Shown here: positions 1-7,924 of the stretch, piece after piece | Layout: every line of letters starts with the position of its first letter | Position numbering within the stretch: the first letter of the stretch is position 1 | Assembly (NCBI GenBank): GCA_050248615.1 | Contig: JBFWSA010000022.1 | Coordinates: 1-33,778 of the forward strand | Length of the DNA: 33,778 bases | DNA from: Simkaniaceae bacterium | Lineage (GTDB): Bacteria; Chlamydiota; Chlamydiia; Chlamydiales; Simkaniaceae | Direction of reading: 5' to 3' | Program-made: the position numbers and the translations under genes | The notes under the pieces: model-generated | What the model was told of the DNA's origin: nothing | Databases searched by the model: none | The model's input: the letters and a program-made list of their open reading frames with translations, nothing else

Positions 1-2
1 GA

Positions 3-626
3 TCTCAGGACCTATCTGCTGCTGGTTTCACCGAAATTAAAGTCACGCGTGGAAAGTGGGGGATTTTCCCTTACCGCGAACTCCATGCAAAAGGGTCAAA
101 AGGGCGTCACTATTACCAGATGTGGGTAGGACTCAATGCCGAGGGAGGAGCGACCCTCCTTTTTCAGTTCCTCTATCCCGAATATCTCAATGAACCCACC
201 CAAAATCAGAAGAAAATTTGGGAAGATTTTGTCCGTAAAACAGCACTCCTAAGCCTAAATGACCTGTTGGTCGCACATGGAGTCCATAGGAAAGGGTATA
301 TAGAATCCAGTAGCATCCGCGAAAAAGTCCGTATTATTGTAGAAAAAAGGCGCTGGGATCAAAAGCTGTTTATCTACATCGACCCCTTAACGAGTGATCA
401 TCCCTTTTTTCAGATCCAAAAGATCCACGATATCAATTTTGTTTCAGACTTTGCTTGTGGGCAACCTTTCATAGAAATCGATGCGGTTTTCACAGAAAGT
501 AAGGGAGAACCTCTATCGGAAAAAGTGCGCGTTCTCTACAACATTGTAGACCAATTCACCTTCAACTCTAAAATGCTATCTCCCCATCGATTTGAAGAAA
601 CTCCCGAATATCTCCTCTTCCAATAA
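3..626 (+). CDS. Hypothetical protein, 5'-partial (frame is open from the window edge)
   Basis: The frame of ORF 120..626 has no stop back to position 3 (SQDLSAAGFTEIKVTRGKWGIFPYRELH...). It ends 9 nt before the next gene. No motif recognised. Confidence 0.7.
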   Translation, partial: SQDLSAAGFTEIKVTRGKWGIFPYRELHAKGSKGRHYYQMWVGLNAEGGATLLFQFLYPEYLNEPTQNQKKIWEDFVRKTALLSLNDLLVAHGVHRKGYIESSSIREKVRIIVEKRRWDQKLFIYIDPLTSDHPFFQIQKIHDINFVSDFACGQPFIEIDAVFTESKGEPLSEKVRVLYNIVDQFTFNSKMLSPHRFEETPEYLLFQ

Positions 627-635
627 CTTAATCAG

Positions 636-2027
636 ATGAATAGAGTGCTAAAAACGTTTTTTTTGCTTCTAACCTTTTTTTCTTTCTTATCTACTGCCTA
701 TGCAAGCCTAAACCCCTCCCCTTCGAATAATCCAATGCTAGAAAAGAAAGAGGTGAGAACCCAATTGATGGGAGTGTTAAATCTCACACCAATCTCAATG
801 TCTGGCCCTAATCCTACCTTATCAGCGGAGGATATTCACAGGATCATTGTCGAAATGGTGAATCAGGGGGCAGAAATCATCGATGTGGGAGGAGAGTCCA
901 CAAGGCCCCAAGCAGAACCCATCACGCTAGAAGAAGAGTGGACAAGACTCGCTCCTTTTCTTGAGAACCTTCATCAAATTCTAGAAGATCCCAGATTGTT
1001 AGTAAGACCTGTCATTAGTATCGACACCTACCATGTTGAAACCGTTCGCAAGCTCAAAGATTATCCTATCGATATGATTAATGATGTGTTTGGGATAGAA
1101 GGGGAGGCAATAGCCACTGTTTTGAGCGGAACCAAAATAAAATATGTTCTGGTGCATAATAAAGGAAGACCAGGTACGAATTATATGAAGGAAGACAAGG
1201 GGGTTATGGAACAATTACTGCATTGGTTTTCTGATCGCATAGAGCAACTTTTAAAATTGGGACTCACAAAAGATCAGATCCTTCTTGATCCAGGCATAGG
1301 GTTTGGAAAAACGCCTGCTCAGGCTGCAGAGATTCTGCAGAACCTTGAGCAGATAAAAGCGCTGGGGTATCCTCTTGTCATTGGGCATTCGCGAAAGGCC
1401 TCTGTGATGCCGTCTGTCAAACATCTTGCACCTACGGAAAGAGATTTAGAAACAGCCCGTTTAAGTAAACTTTTTTCTCATCAAAAGGTTGATATGCTTC
1501 GCGTTCATAACTGCCGCATTAACCGAGTTCTTCTAGACGCAAAAATTTCCGTTCTCGCTGCTTATCAAACGGATAGAGGAATAGGATATAAAAACCGATT
1601 ACCATGGGACCTTAAAGGAGATAAGCAAAACTTCAGAAAAATAACCTGGGGCCATACCATTATCATGGGGAGAAAAACCTATGAATCTATTGGAAAACCT
1701 TTAGAACAAAGAAGAAATATCGTGATTTCAAAAACACTGGTTCCAGCTCCTCCAGGGGTTGAGGTTTACCCTTCATTGCAAGAAGCTTTGGAGCATATGA
1801 ATACCAAAGAAGAAATATTCATTATTGGAGGGGAAAAACTGTTTCAAGAGGCGTTGCCTTTTGCTGATTACCTCTATTTAACCCTAGTGCAGAGTTCTAA
1901 ACCCGTCGATAAATTTTTTCCTCCGTTTAATGAAGCAGAGTGGGAATTGGAACAAGAAGTATTTATTCTTGCTGATGAATGCAATGAATACCCCTATACA
2001 ATTAAAACGCTCAAAAGAAATTGGTAA
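636..2027 (+). CDS. folP-folA: Fused dihydropteroate synthase / dihydrofolate reductase
   Basis: DHPS motifs MGVLNLTP, IIDVGGESTRP, ISIDT, INDV, DPGIGFGK, SRK and LRVH, then DHFR motifs IGYKNRLPW, D..F, IMGRKTYESI, RRNIVIS, IIGG and DKFFP, all in one frame. Alternative start ATG at 735. Confidence 0.93.
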   Translation: MNRVLKTFFLLLTFFSFLSTAYASLNPSPSNNPMLEKKEVRTQLMGVLNLTPISMSGPNPTLSAEDIHRIIVEMVNQGAEIIDVGGESTRPQAEPITLEEEWTRLAPFLENLHQILEDPRLLVRPVISIDTYHVETVRKLKDYPIDMINDVFGIEGEAIATVLSGTKIKYVLVHNKGRPGTNYMKEDKGVMEQLLHWFSDRIEQLLKLGLTKDQILLDPGIGFGKTPAQAAEILQNLEQIKALGYPLVIGHSRKASVMPSVKHLAPTERDLETARLSKLFSHQKVDMLRVHNCRINRVLLDAKISVLAAYQTDRGIGYKNRLPWDLKGDKQNFRKITWGHTIIMGRKTYESIGKPLEQRRNIVISKTLVPAPPGVEVYPSLQEALEHMNTKEEIFIIGGEKLFQEALPFADYLYLTLVQSSKPVDKFFPPFNEAEWELEQEVFILADECNEYPYTIKTLKRNW

Positions 2028-2055
2028 ATCTATACTCAAACAACTTCGAAAGTTG

Positions 2056-3609
2056 TTAGGCGGGTTTGGGTTTGGCAGAAATGAGGGGTTCTTCTTTTTG
2101 GGTTTGGGCGAGGGCCTCCTCTTTTTTCTCGAGCTCATTGCTGAGGTAGCGTACGGAGTAGCTCCAGTAGAGAGTCACTCCAATCACAACGGGGAGGAGG
2201 TAGGGGGTAATTAGGATGACAGAACTGGTTCCCATGAGAAGCATGAGGGTGGCTTGGATCCATGAAGAGCTTGACTTTCCGAGCCTGGAGCCCACCATAT
2301 CAATAGCAGCTTTACCTTTTACTTTGGACTCTTGATCTAAGGGAATATAAGCCATCTCTTTTGTCGAGTCAAAGAAGGAGTACTTCACCACTTTACTCAC
2401 AATATTTTGGAAGGCGCCAAACATGACGACTAACAGGAGGGGGGTCGATCCAAAAATGGCGGCAAAGGGGCCTAAGTGTTCATGAAAGTAGGAGAGGACA
2501 AAGAAGATCCCTCCGGTTAAACCTACCATAACGGGGGTGATCTGCGCGCTGAAACGCCAGCCGAAGCGTCTTAAAAAATTCCCTCCTAAAAAGAGAACAG
2601 TGAGGAGAGCCACAATTCCTACAATAAAAGTGATTTTTGCATAGAAGGCTTGGTAATCTACAGCGGAAGGGTACAGCTGTTTAAGGTGAGCTTTCCAGGT
2701 GACCTCAACAATATTAATAGCGAAGGCACATCCCATGACTAACACAGCGATGGAAAGGAGATATTTGGAGGAGAGGATATGTTTAATACTTTTTCCTAGA
2801 GTCAGCTTGGTTTTTTGATCGACACTCTGCTTCATTATGGAGGGGTCGTAGTAACGTTTATCTGTGAGGACAAAACGGTTCATCCACCAGTAAATTACAA
2901 GCATACCGAGGCCACAGACAAGGACATAGCCGATTAATGTCTGGAGGGTAGGAGTGAAATCCTGCCCTGCAAACTTCTGGAGGTAAAAGAGAAGCAGGGG
3001 AGCGGAAACCACCGTTCCTAAATCTCCCGCAGCGATGAAAAGAGTGTAGGTACGCTTCGCCTCTTTCATGCGGCAAATATGGTTGGCAAATCCCCAGTAA
3101 AGGATGAAAATCACGACCTGAGCCCAGAGTTCAGCGGTAATAAAGAAAAGGGAGTGGATCCAGTTCCGATAAACAGCAATCCAGTGGGTATACTGCTCTC
3201 CAAAGCGTGCGAGGAGCCAATTAGCGGATTGGTGGGGAGTTAAGGCCTCAGCATTGGGATATAGGACAAAGCCATAGAGAAAGATGATGAGTAAAAAGAG
3301 GGTGATAATCGAATAAAAGAGGGTGCACCGTTTGAAGTGGTTGCTCAGTTTAGAGTAAGCGATCGCACAGAGGAGGGAAAGAGGGAACACAAGCCACCCT
3401 TTTAGAACGGGAATAACTTCGGCTCCCGAATGGTCTGCAGTAACAACGAGTGTATCTTTCATACACGTCACCGTTGCATAAACCATAGAAGCAAGGAATT
3501 TTAAAATGAGGAGGGGAACGACCTTTTTGAGTTCTTGTCGATTAACAGGCCAGAGTTTTTGTATCCATGAACTTTTTGTCTCAGCGTCTGCCTTGTACAT
3601 ATCTGCCAT
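2056..3609 (-). CDS. ntt: Nucleotide transporter, TLC/NTT (ATP/ADP translocase) family
   Basis: ELKKVVP, KDTLVV, AEVIPVLK.W, AELW, WGFAN, VEVTWK, KYSFFDSTKEMAYIPLD, KGKAAID and RLGKS motifs with about 12 hydrophobic segments. ATG 3609 is preferred to TTG 3648. Confidence 0.93.
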   Translation of the reverse strand: MADMYKADAETKSSWIQKLWPVNRQELKKVVPLLILKFLASMVYATVTCMKDTLVVTADHSGAEVIPVLKGWLVFPLSLLCAIAYSKLSNHFKRCTLFYSIITLFLLIIFLYGFVLYPNAEALTPHQSANWLLARFGEQYTHWIAVYRNWIHSLFFITAELWAQVVIFILYWGFANHICRMKEAKRTYTLFIAAGDLGTVVSAPLLLFYLQKFAGQDFTPTLQTLIGYVLVCGLGMLVIYWWMNRFVLTDKRYYDPSIMKQSVDQKTKLTLGKSIKHILSSKYLLSIAVLVMGCAFAINIVEVTWKAHLKQLYPSAVDYQAFYAKITFIVGIVALLTVLFLGGNFLRRFGWRFSAQITPVMVGLTGGIFFVLSYFHEHLGPFAAIFGSTPLLLVVMFGAFQNIVSKVVKYSFFDSTKEMAYIPLDQESKVKGKAAIDMVGSRLGKSSSSWIQATLMLLMGTSSVILITPYLLPVVIGVTLYWSYSVRYLSNELEKKEEALAQTQKEEPLISAKPKPA

Positions 3610-3654
3610 TTTAGGCGTATATTGTAACAAACAGAAAAGAAAAAGCAATAAAAA

Positions 3655-3684
3655 AAACCTCGAGAAGCATTTTTCTCGAGGTTT
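3655..3684 (-). terminator. Rho-independent terminator after 3717..4301
   Basis: 12-bp perfect stem AAACCTCGAGAA / TTCTCGAGGTTT followed by a T-run on the minus strand. Confidence 0.75.
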
Positions 3685-3716
3685 AAATGATTCGCTTTAC
3701 GCTTAAGAGCAAAATT

Positions 3717-4301
3717 TTAAGCTTCGTCCGACTTCATTTCAAGAAGTGTTTGCTCAGGCTCACGGTCGTCATGAGTCAGGTCTTTAATAACGTTTTCTTG
3801 AAGCATTAAACGTTGCTGTTCTCCAGTAAATCTCTCTTTGAAATCATTCAACTGATTCAAATGATCATCGCGGTCATCTTTCAGGGAGATACTCTTCTGA
3901 GAAGTCATTTCACTCAAAATGTAATTTGCTTTAGCAAGTTTCATTCTTTTTTTCTTTGAGTGTTCATATTCGACTTTAGCGAATTTTTCAGGATGCTTTA
4001 GATAAAGGATTCTAAGAAAATTTTCAGCTCGCTTAGCAATTTTTTTCTCGGCCCAGATACGGAAAGCGGCTACGTTCGAATTGAGCATTCTATTTTCAAA
4101 GTTTTCGCTTAATCCGTAAGGCGCTAGCATTTTTCCAAGAGCAAGCATCATTTGAACGTCGCTTAGATCAAAAATAATAAGCTTTCGGTTAACGTTTTTA
4201 TAACGGATCTCTTCATCGCGGCGCTCTGACGACTGTAGGGTCACGAATTCAATTTTCTTTGATAATTCTTCTGATTTGAAAATCTTTTCATCTAATAGCA
4301 T
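3717..4301 (-). CDS. Hypothetical protein, paralog of 4624..5193
   Basis: 194-aa ORF with RBS AGGAAG. Shares RYKNVNRK, FDLSD, LKHPEKF and SQK.ISLKD with its neighbour. Confidence 0.85.
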   Translation of the reverse strand: MLLDEKIFKSEELSKKIEFVTLQSSERRDEEIRYKNVNRKLIIFDLSDVQMMLALGKMLAPYGLSENFENRMLNSNVAAFRIWAEKKIAKRAENFLRILYLKHPEKFAKVEYEHSKKKRMKLAKANYILSEMTSQKSISLKDDRDDHLNQLNDFKERFTGEQQRLMLQENVIKDLTHDDREPEQTLLEMKSDEA

Positions 4302-4623
4302 ATTTTTCTTCCTATTATTATTTTTTTCTCATTCTTAATATTATTATCACATGAATTTATTTAAATGTCTAATAATTAATTCATAATACCTTTATAATTA
4401 CTTAATGTTCAATATCTTAGTTTTATAATAGGAGGCTGCTAAAAAGGCTCTAACTCCTTTAATTTTGAGGATATTGCTAAAACCCACAAAACAAGTGCTA
4501 ACTTTTATTGTGAAAATAGTATAATTATTTTGTTATAACTTTATAATCAGTAGTTTATATTTTTAGCAAAGTGAAAAAAGAATGGCAGCTATTCGATCTG
4601 TAGATGCCTTAAGTGATTGATAA

Positions 4624-5193
4624 TTAAGCATTCATGCCGATTAACTGATCGTTAGTGCTCTCTTCATTCAGCTTTTCGACGACGTTTTTATGCATAAGAA
4701 GCTTCTCTTCTTCTGCTTTGAATTTATTTCTAAATGATTCTAATTCAGATAGATAATCATCTTTATTGTCTTTAAGTGAGATCGTCTTTTGACTCACCAT
4801 TTCGGTGATCACAAGAGTTCCTCGGACAAATTTCATGCGTGCATTGCGCTTATCATTGAACTCGACCTCTGAAAACTTCTCTGGATGCTTTAGAAAGAGA
4901 GAGCGAATGAATCTCTCTCCGCGTTTAGCGAGTTTTTTCTCACCCCAGACGCGTAAAATGGTGATGCCTGATTGAGCGAGCTTATTCTCAATGAATTCTT
5001 TTACTCCATAGGGGCGTAACACTTCACCCAGGGCATACATCACTGCTATATCACTAAGATCGAAGCGGATCTGCTTACGATTAACGTTTTTATAACGAAC
5101 CTCTTCTTCGCGTTGCTCACTAGATTGAATCGTGATGAACTCAATTCTTTTAGCAAGTGACTGAGAGTTAAATAGTTTTTCTTCAAATCCCAT
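4624..5193 (-). CDS. Hypothetical protein, paralog of 3717..4301
   Basis: 189-aa ORF with RBS GGAG, colinear with its neighbour over nearly the full length. Confidence 0.85.
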   Translation of the reverse strand: MGFEEKLFNSQSLAKRIEFITIQSSEQREEEVRYKNVNRKQIRFDLSDIAVMYALGEVLRPYGVKEFIENKLAQSGITILRVWGEKKLAKRGERFIRSLFLKHPEKFSEVEFNDKRNARMKFVRGTLVITEMVSQKTISLKDNKDDYLSELESFRNKFKAEEEKLLMHKNVVEKLNEESTNDQLIGMNA

Positions 5194-5314
5194 GGCTATT
5201 ATCTCCGGAATTATTTTGTTTTTATTGGTTGTTTAATATTAAAATTATCTCATAAAATGTTATTAATTCTAAATTTAAAATGTAATATTAATTGTTTGAG
5301 CAATTATGAAGGGG

Positions 5315-5388
5315 GAGTGCTAAAAATGAGCTCCAATCTAAGAGGGGAAGGGGTAAAAATTAGCACTCGGAGTTGTAAGTTAGCACTT
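5315..5388. promoter_or_regulatory. Cluster of CIRCE-like half sites (not a canonical CIRCE)
   Basis: GAGTGCTAA 5315-5323, TTAGCACTC 5360-5368 and TTAGCACTT 5380-5388. Related TGCTAA copies lie at 4437, 4475 and 4496, upstream of the paralog. Confidence 0.4.
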
Positions 5389-5415
5389 GAATGATTTTAC
5401 CCATTTCCTTCAGGA

Positions 5416-5585
5416 TATAGCTAAAGTTGTTTAAAATTGGGATGATTTAGGAGAGGTATTTTTGTTGGGTTTTGGCTTCTTAAAATCGAAACCATTGTCC
5501 ACTAGACAAGGAGAGATTTGAAGAAGTTGAAGGACAACGGAAAGATCCGCATAAATCATCCCAATTTTAAATAAATTTAGCTATA
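5416..5585. mobile_element. MITE, TATAGC-ended (IS630-like TA ends), 170 bp
   Basis: TIRs TATAGCTAAAGTTGTTTAAAATTGGGATGATTTA / TAAATCATCCCAATTTTAAATAAATTTAGCTATA. A second partial copy starts at 29192. Confidence 0.85.
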
Positions 5586-5590
5586 GGTCC

Positions 5591-6190
5591 ATGAAAAAGC
5601 AAAAAGTCAATCCTGAGGCCCATTCTGAGCTTCTAAACGATCTCTTAGAGGATGCTGCAGAAGCTAGCCAACCGCCCCCCCTTCCTGCAGGGGGGATCCC
5701 GAAGCGCTTTCTCCCTTCTTGGGTAGGGTTTGCCCTCAAGGGGATCGCCCTCCCCTTTGTCCTCATCGATTTTGCCATGCAAAAAGTTGCCCGTAAGATT
5801 ATACGCCCCCCCTTCAAACGGGTAGGAGCCTGTAAGCGCAGGGGAAACTGCTGCCATTATGTCCTGATTGCCTACTCTCCTAAGCTGATTGGGCGTCTTT
5901 TTTATTTTTGGTACACACAGGTGCATGGTTTTTATAAACGCCTCCCAGAGCCTCACCTTTATGAGGGGAAGCCTATGCATGTGATGGGGTGTCGTTATCT
6001 AAAAAAAGATGGCTCGTGCCAGCAGTACCGACTCCGCCCGCTAATCTGTCGTTTGTGGCCCGTTGTAGAGCATTTTGGATATCCTAAAATTCTTAAAGGA
6101 TGTGGATATTCTTCTATTCCTCCCTATCCGTTTAGTGCTCCTGAAGATCATCTTTCGGAAGGGCAAGCTAAACTCAATGTTCTCGATTGA
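5591..6190 (+). CDS. YkgJ-family (CxxCxxCC-like) cysteine-cluster protein
   Basis: CKRRGNCC ... CRYL....C..Y..RPLICR.WP ... GCGY pattern. Confidence 0.75.
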   Translation: MKKQKVNPEAHSELLNDLLEDAAEASQPPPLPAGGIPKRFLPSWVGFALKGIALPFVLIDFAMQKVARKIIRPPFKRVGACKRRGNCCHYVLIAYSPKLIGRLFYFWYTQVHGFYKRLPEPHLYEGKPMHVMGCRYLKKDGSCQQYRLRPLICRLWPVVEHFGYPKILKGCGYSSIPPYPFSAPEDHLSEGQAKLNVLD

Positions 6191-6215
6191 GCAAAATAAG
6201 AATTTTTTCTATGCT
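6187..6215 (+). promoter_or_regulatory. Putative sigma70/sigma66 promoter of sodB
   Basis: TTGAGC-N17-TATGCT ending 33 nt before the sodB ATG. Confidence 0.5.
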
Positions 6216-6248
6216 TGTTTTTTTGTGAACTAAAAAAGGTACTTTATC

Positions 6249-6836
6249 ATGACGTTCAAGCAACCAGACCTCCCTTATGACTTAAAAGCCCTCCATCCTT
6301 TTGTTTCTGAAGAGCAAATGGATTATCACTACAATAAGCACCATGCTGCTTATTTTAAAAATCTCAATCGTTTGGTTGAAGGAAAACCTGAAAGTAAGCT
6401 TTCCCTTGATGAAGTGGTGAAAAACGCTTCTGGTGGCGTTTTTAACAACGCTGCGCAAGCCTGGAATCACACGTTTTTCTGGGATTGCATGCATCCTTCT
6501 GGGGGAGGCAAACCCCAAGGGGATCTGATGAGCGCGATTGAACGGGATTTTGGAAAATTTGAAGAGTTTAAGGAGAAATTTTCCAATGCTGCCGCCACCC
6601 TTTTTGGTTCGGGATGGGCTTGGCTAGCTGCTGATGCAAAGGGAAAACTGGAAATCATGCCCTTAAGCAATGCTGACACCCCTTTAAAACATGGGAAAAC
6701 CCCCATTCTGACTCTTGATGTCTGGGAGCATGCCTATTACATCGATTATCGCAATAAGCGCCCCGACTTTATTGAACAGTTCTGGGATGTGATTCATTGG
6801 AACTTCGTAGATCAGTGTTATAAGGGTGGGAAATGA
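6249..6836 (+). CDS. sodB: Superoxide dismutase, Fe-type
   Basis: HYNKHH, FNNAAQAWNHTFFW (Fe-type signature), FGSGWAWL and DVWEHAYY. Confidence 0.96.
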   Translation: MTFKQPDLPYDLKALHPFVSEEQMDYHYNKHHAAYFKNLNRLVEGKPESKLSLDEVVKNASGGVFNNAAQAWNHTFFWDCMHPSGGGKPQGDLMSAIERDFGKFEEFKEKFSNAAATLFGSGWAWLAADAKGKLEIMPLSNADTPLKHGKTPILTLDVWEHAYYIDYRNKRPDFIEQFWDVIHWNFVDQCYKGGK

Positions 6837-7216
6837 CCCAAAAAAAGCAGCTGAGTCAACTTCTCGATGAAATTGAAAAAAAACAAAAAGTGCTCACTCA
6901 ATGTCATGAGTATTATTTTGCCCTTGAAAAGGAATTTGAGAAGAAAAAAGCTCACTTAACCAACCCGGAAGACTATGAAGAGTTAGAGAGAATGCTTGCC
7001 GCTCTTAATCGAGAATATGATGAGAAAACAGACCGTCTTCATGAAGAGCTCAATACCACATTGATGGAAGGGTATGCTCTAGCCCAAAAAATAGGTCACG
7101 CAATCGCCCATGACTTTAAAAAGTTTTGGGATTACATGACTCACTCTGCACGCGGAGAGGTTAAACTTGACCATGTCCAACGAGATATAGAATACATTAA
7201 AAAAGAATTAGACTAA
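6833..7216 (+). CDS. Hypothetical helical/coiled-coil protein, coupled to sodB
   Basis: ATGA overlap with the sodB stop; 127 aa, rich in E/K/L. Confidence 0.75.
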   Translation: MTQKKQLSQLLDEIEKKQKVLTQCHEYYFALEKEFEKKKAHLTNPEDYEELERMLAALNREYDEKTDRLHEELNTTLMEGYALAQKIGHAIAHDFKKFWDYMTHSARGEVKLDHVQRDIEYIKKELD

Positions 7217-7220
7217 TATA

Positions 7221-7234
7221 ACGCGAATTCGCGT
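7221..7234. mobile_element. Collapsed 14-bp footprint of the ACGCGAATTC-ended MITE
   Basis: Palindrome ACGCGAATTCGCGT flanked by a direct repeat TAATATA (7214-7220 and 7235-7241). Ends are identical to the MITE at 30088..30251. Confidence 0.75.
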
Positions 7235-7282
7235 TAATATACCAAAATGATTTCAAAAATTGGTTTTGACGTATCCTAAAGC

Positions 7283-7771
7283 CTAATTTAGTGAGCGGTA
7301 TGATTCGTCAGAGGACTTGCTATGCAGACTTCCAATCATGACAAGACCACCACAAATTAGAATAAGATTTTTAAAAATATATTGGCCTTCTAAGGTTAAT
7401 CCAAAAGGGAAGATTGTAAAACAATCTTCAGGGTTTGTAAAAAGTGGCATAAATGTTCCAGGAAATTGAAGAAAAAGAAGCAATAGCCCAATACGACGTA
7501 AATGAGGAATGAAGAGGAATAAACCCAGCAAAGATTCCCAAATGCCAAGAGCGATAACAAATTCGTGTGCAAAAATCCAATCTGTTGCTTTTTTGACTAA
7601 CTCTTCAACCGGGCTGATACCAATAATCTTTAATAGGCCATACCAAATATAGATAACTCCATAGAACCAAAATAATAATTGCGGAGCAAAATGATTTAGC
7701 TTTTTAGATAGTTTTTTTTCGATTTGAAGATATTTTTGTATAAGTGTCATAGACTTCTCCATCATTTCCAT
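7283..7771 (-). CDS. DoxX-like membrane protein
   Basis: Four hydrophobic segments; G.IYIW.GLLK..G.SP, G..E..LG and T.EGQYI.KNL motifs. Confidence 0.7.
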   Translation of the reverse strand: MEMMEKSMTLIQKYLQIEKKLSKKLNHFAPQLLFWFYGVIYIWYGLLKIIGISPVEELVKKATDWIFAHEFVIALGIWESLLGLFLFIPHLRRIGLLLLFLQFPGTFMPLFTNPEDCFTIFPFGLTLEGQYIFKNLILICGGLVMIGSLHSKSSDESYRSLN

Positions 7772-7773
7772 AT

Positions 7774-7924
7774 GAACCTGTCATACTAATCCATTTCCGA
7801 TATTTTTTTCTTTTGTATCGATTTTTAGTTTTCATTTGAATCCTAGTTTCTTTGACAATGTCTTTAAATGAAAAGCAAAAATCTCTAAAAAAATCCCATT
7901 AAATGGATTAGTGGGATGGGTTTC
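7774..7924. mobile_element. MITE, GAACC-ended with AT target duplication, 151 bp (degenerate)
   Basis: GAACCTGTCATACTAATCCATTT ... AAATGGATTAGTGGGATGGGTTTC; homologous to 13367..13528. Confidence 0.8.

Noticed and set aside
1281..1312. Acquired sul-type resistance gene
   Set aside because: DPGIGFGKT lacks the Phe-Gly insertion typical of Sul enzymes, and there is no integron context.
5315..5368. Canonical CIRCE element
   Set aside because: The half sites are in the opposite order and 36 nt apart rather than 9, so it is reported only as a half-site cluster.
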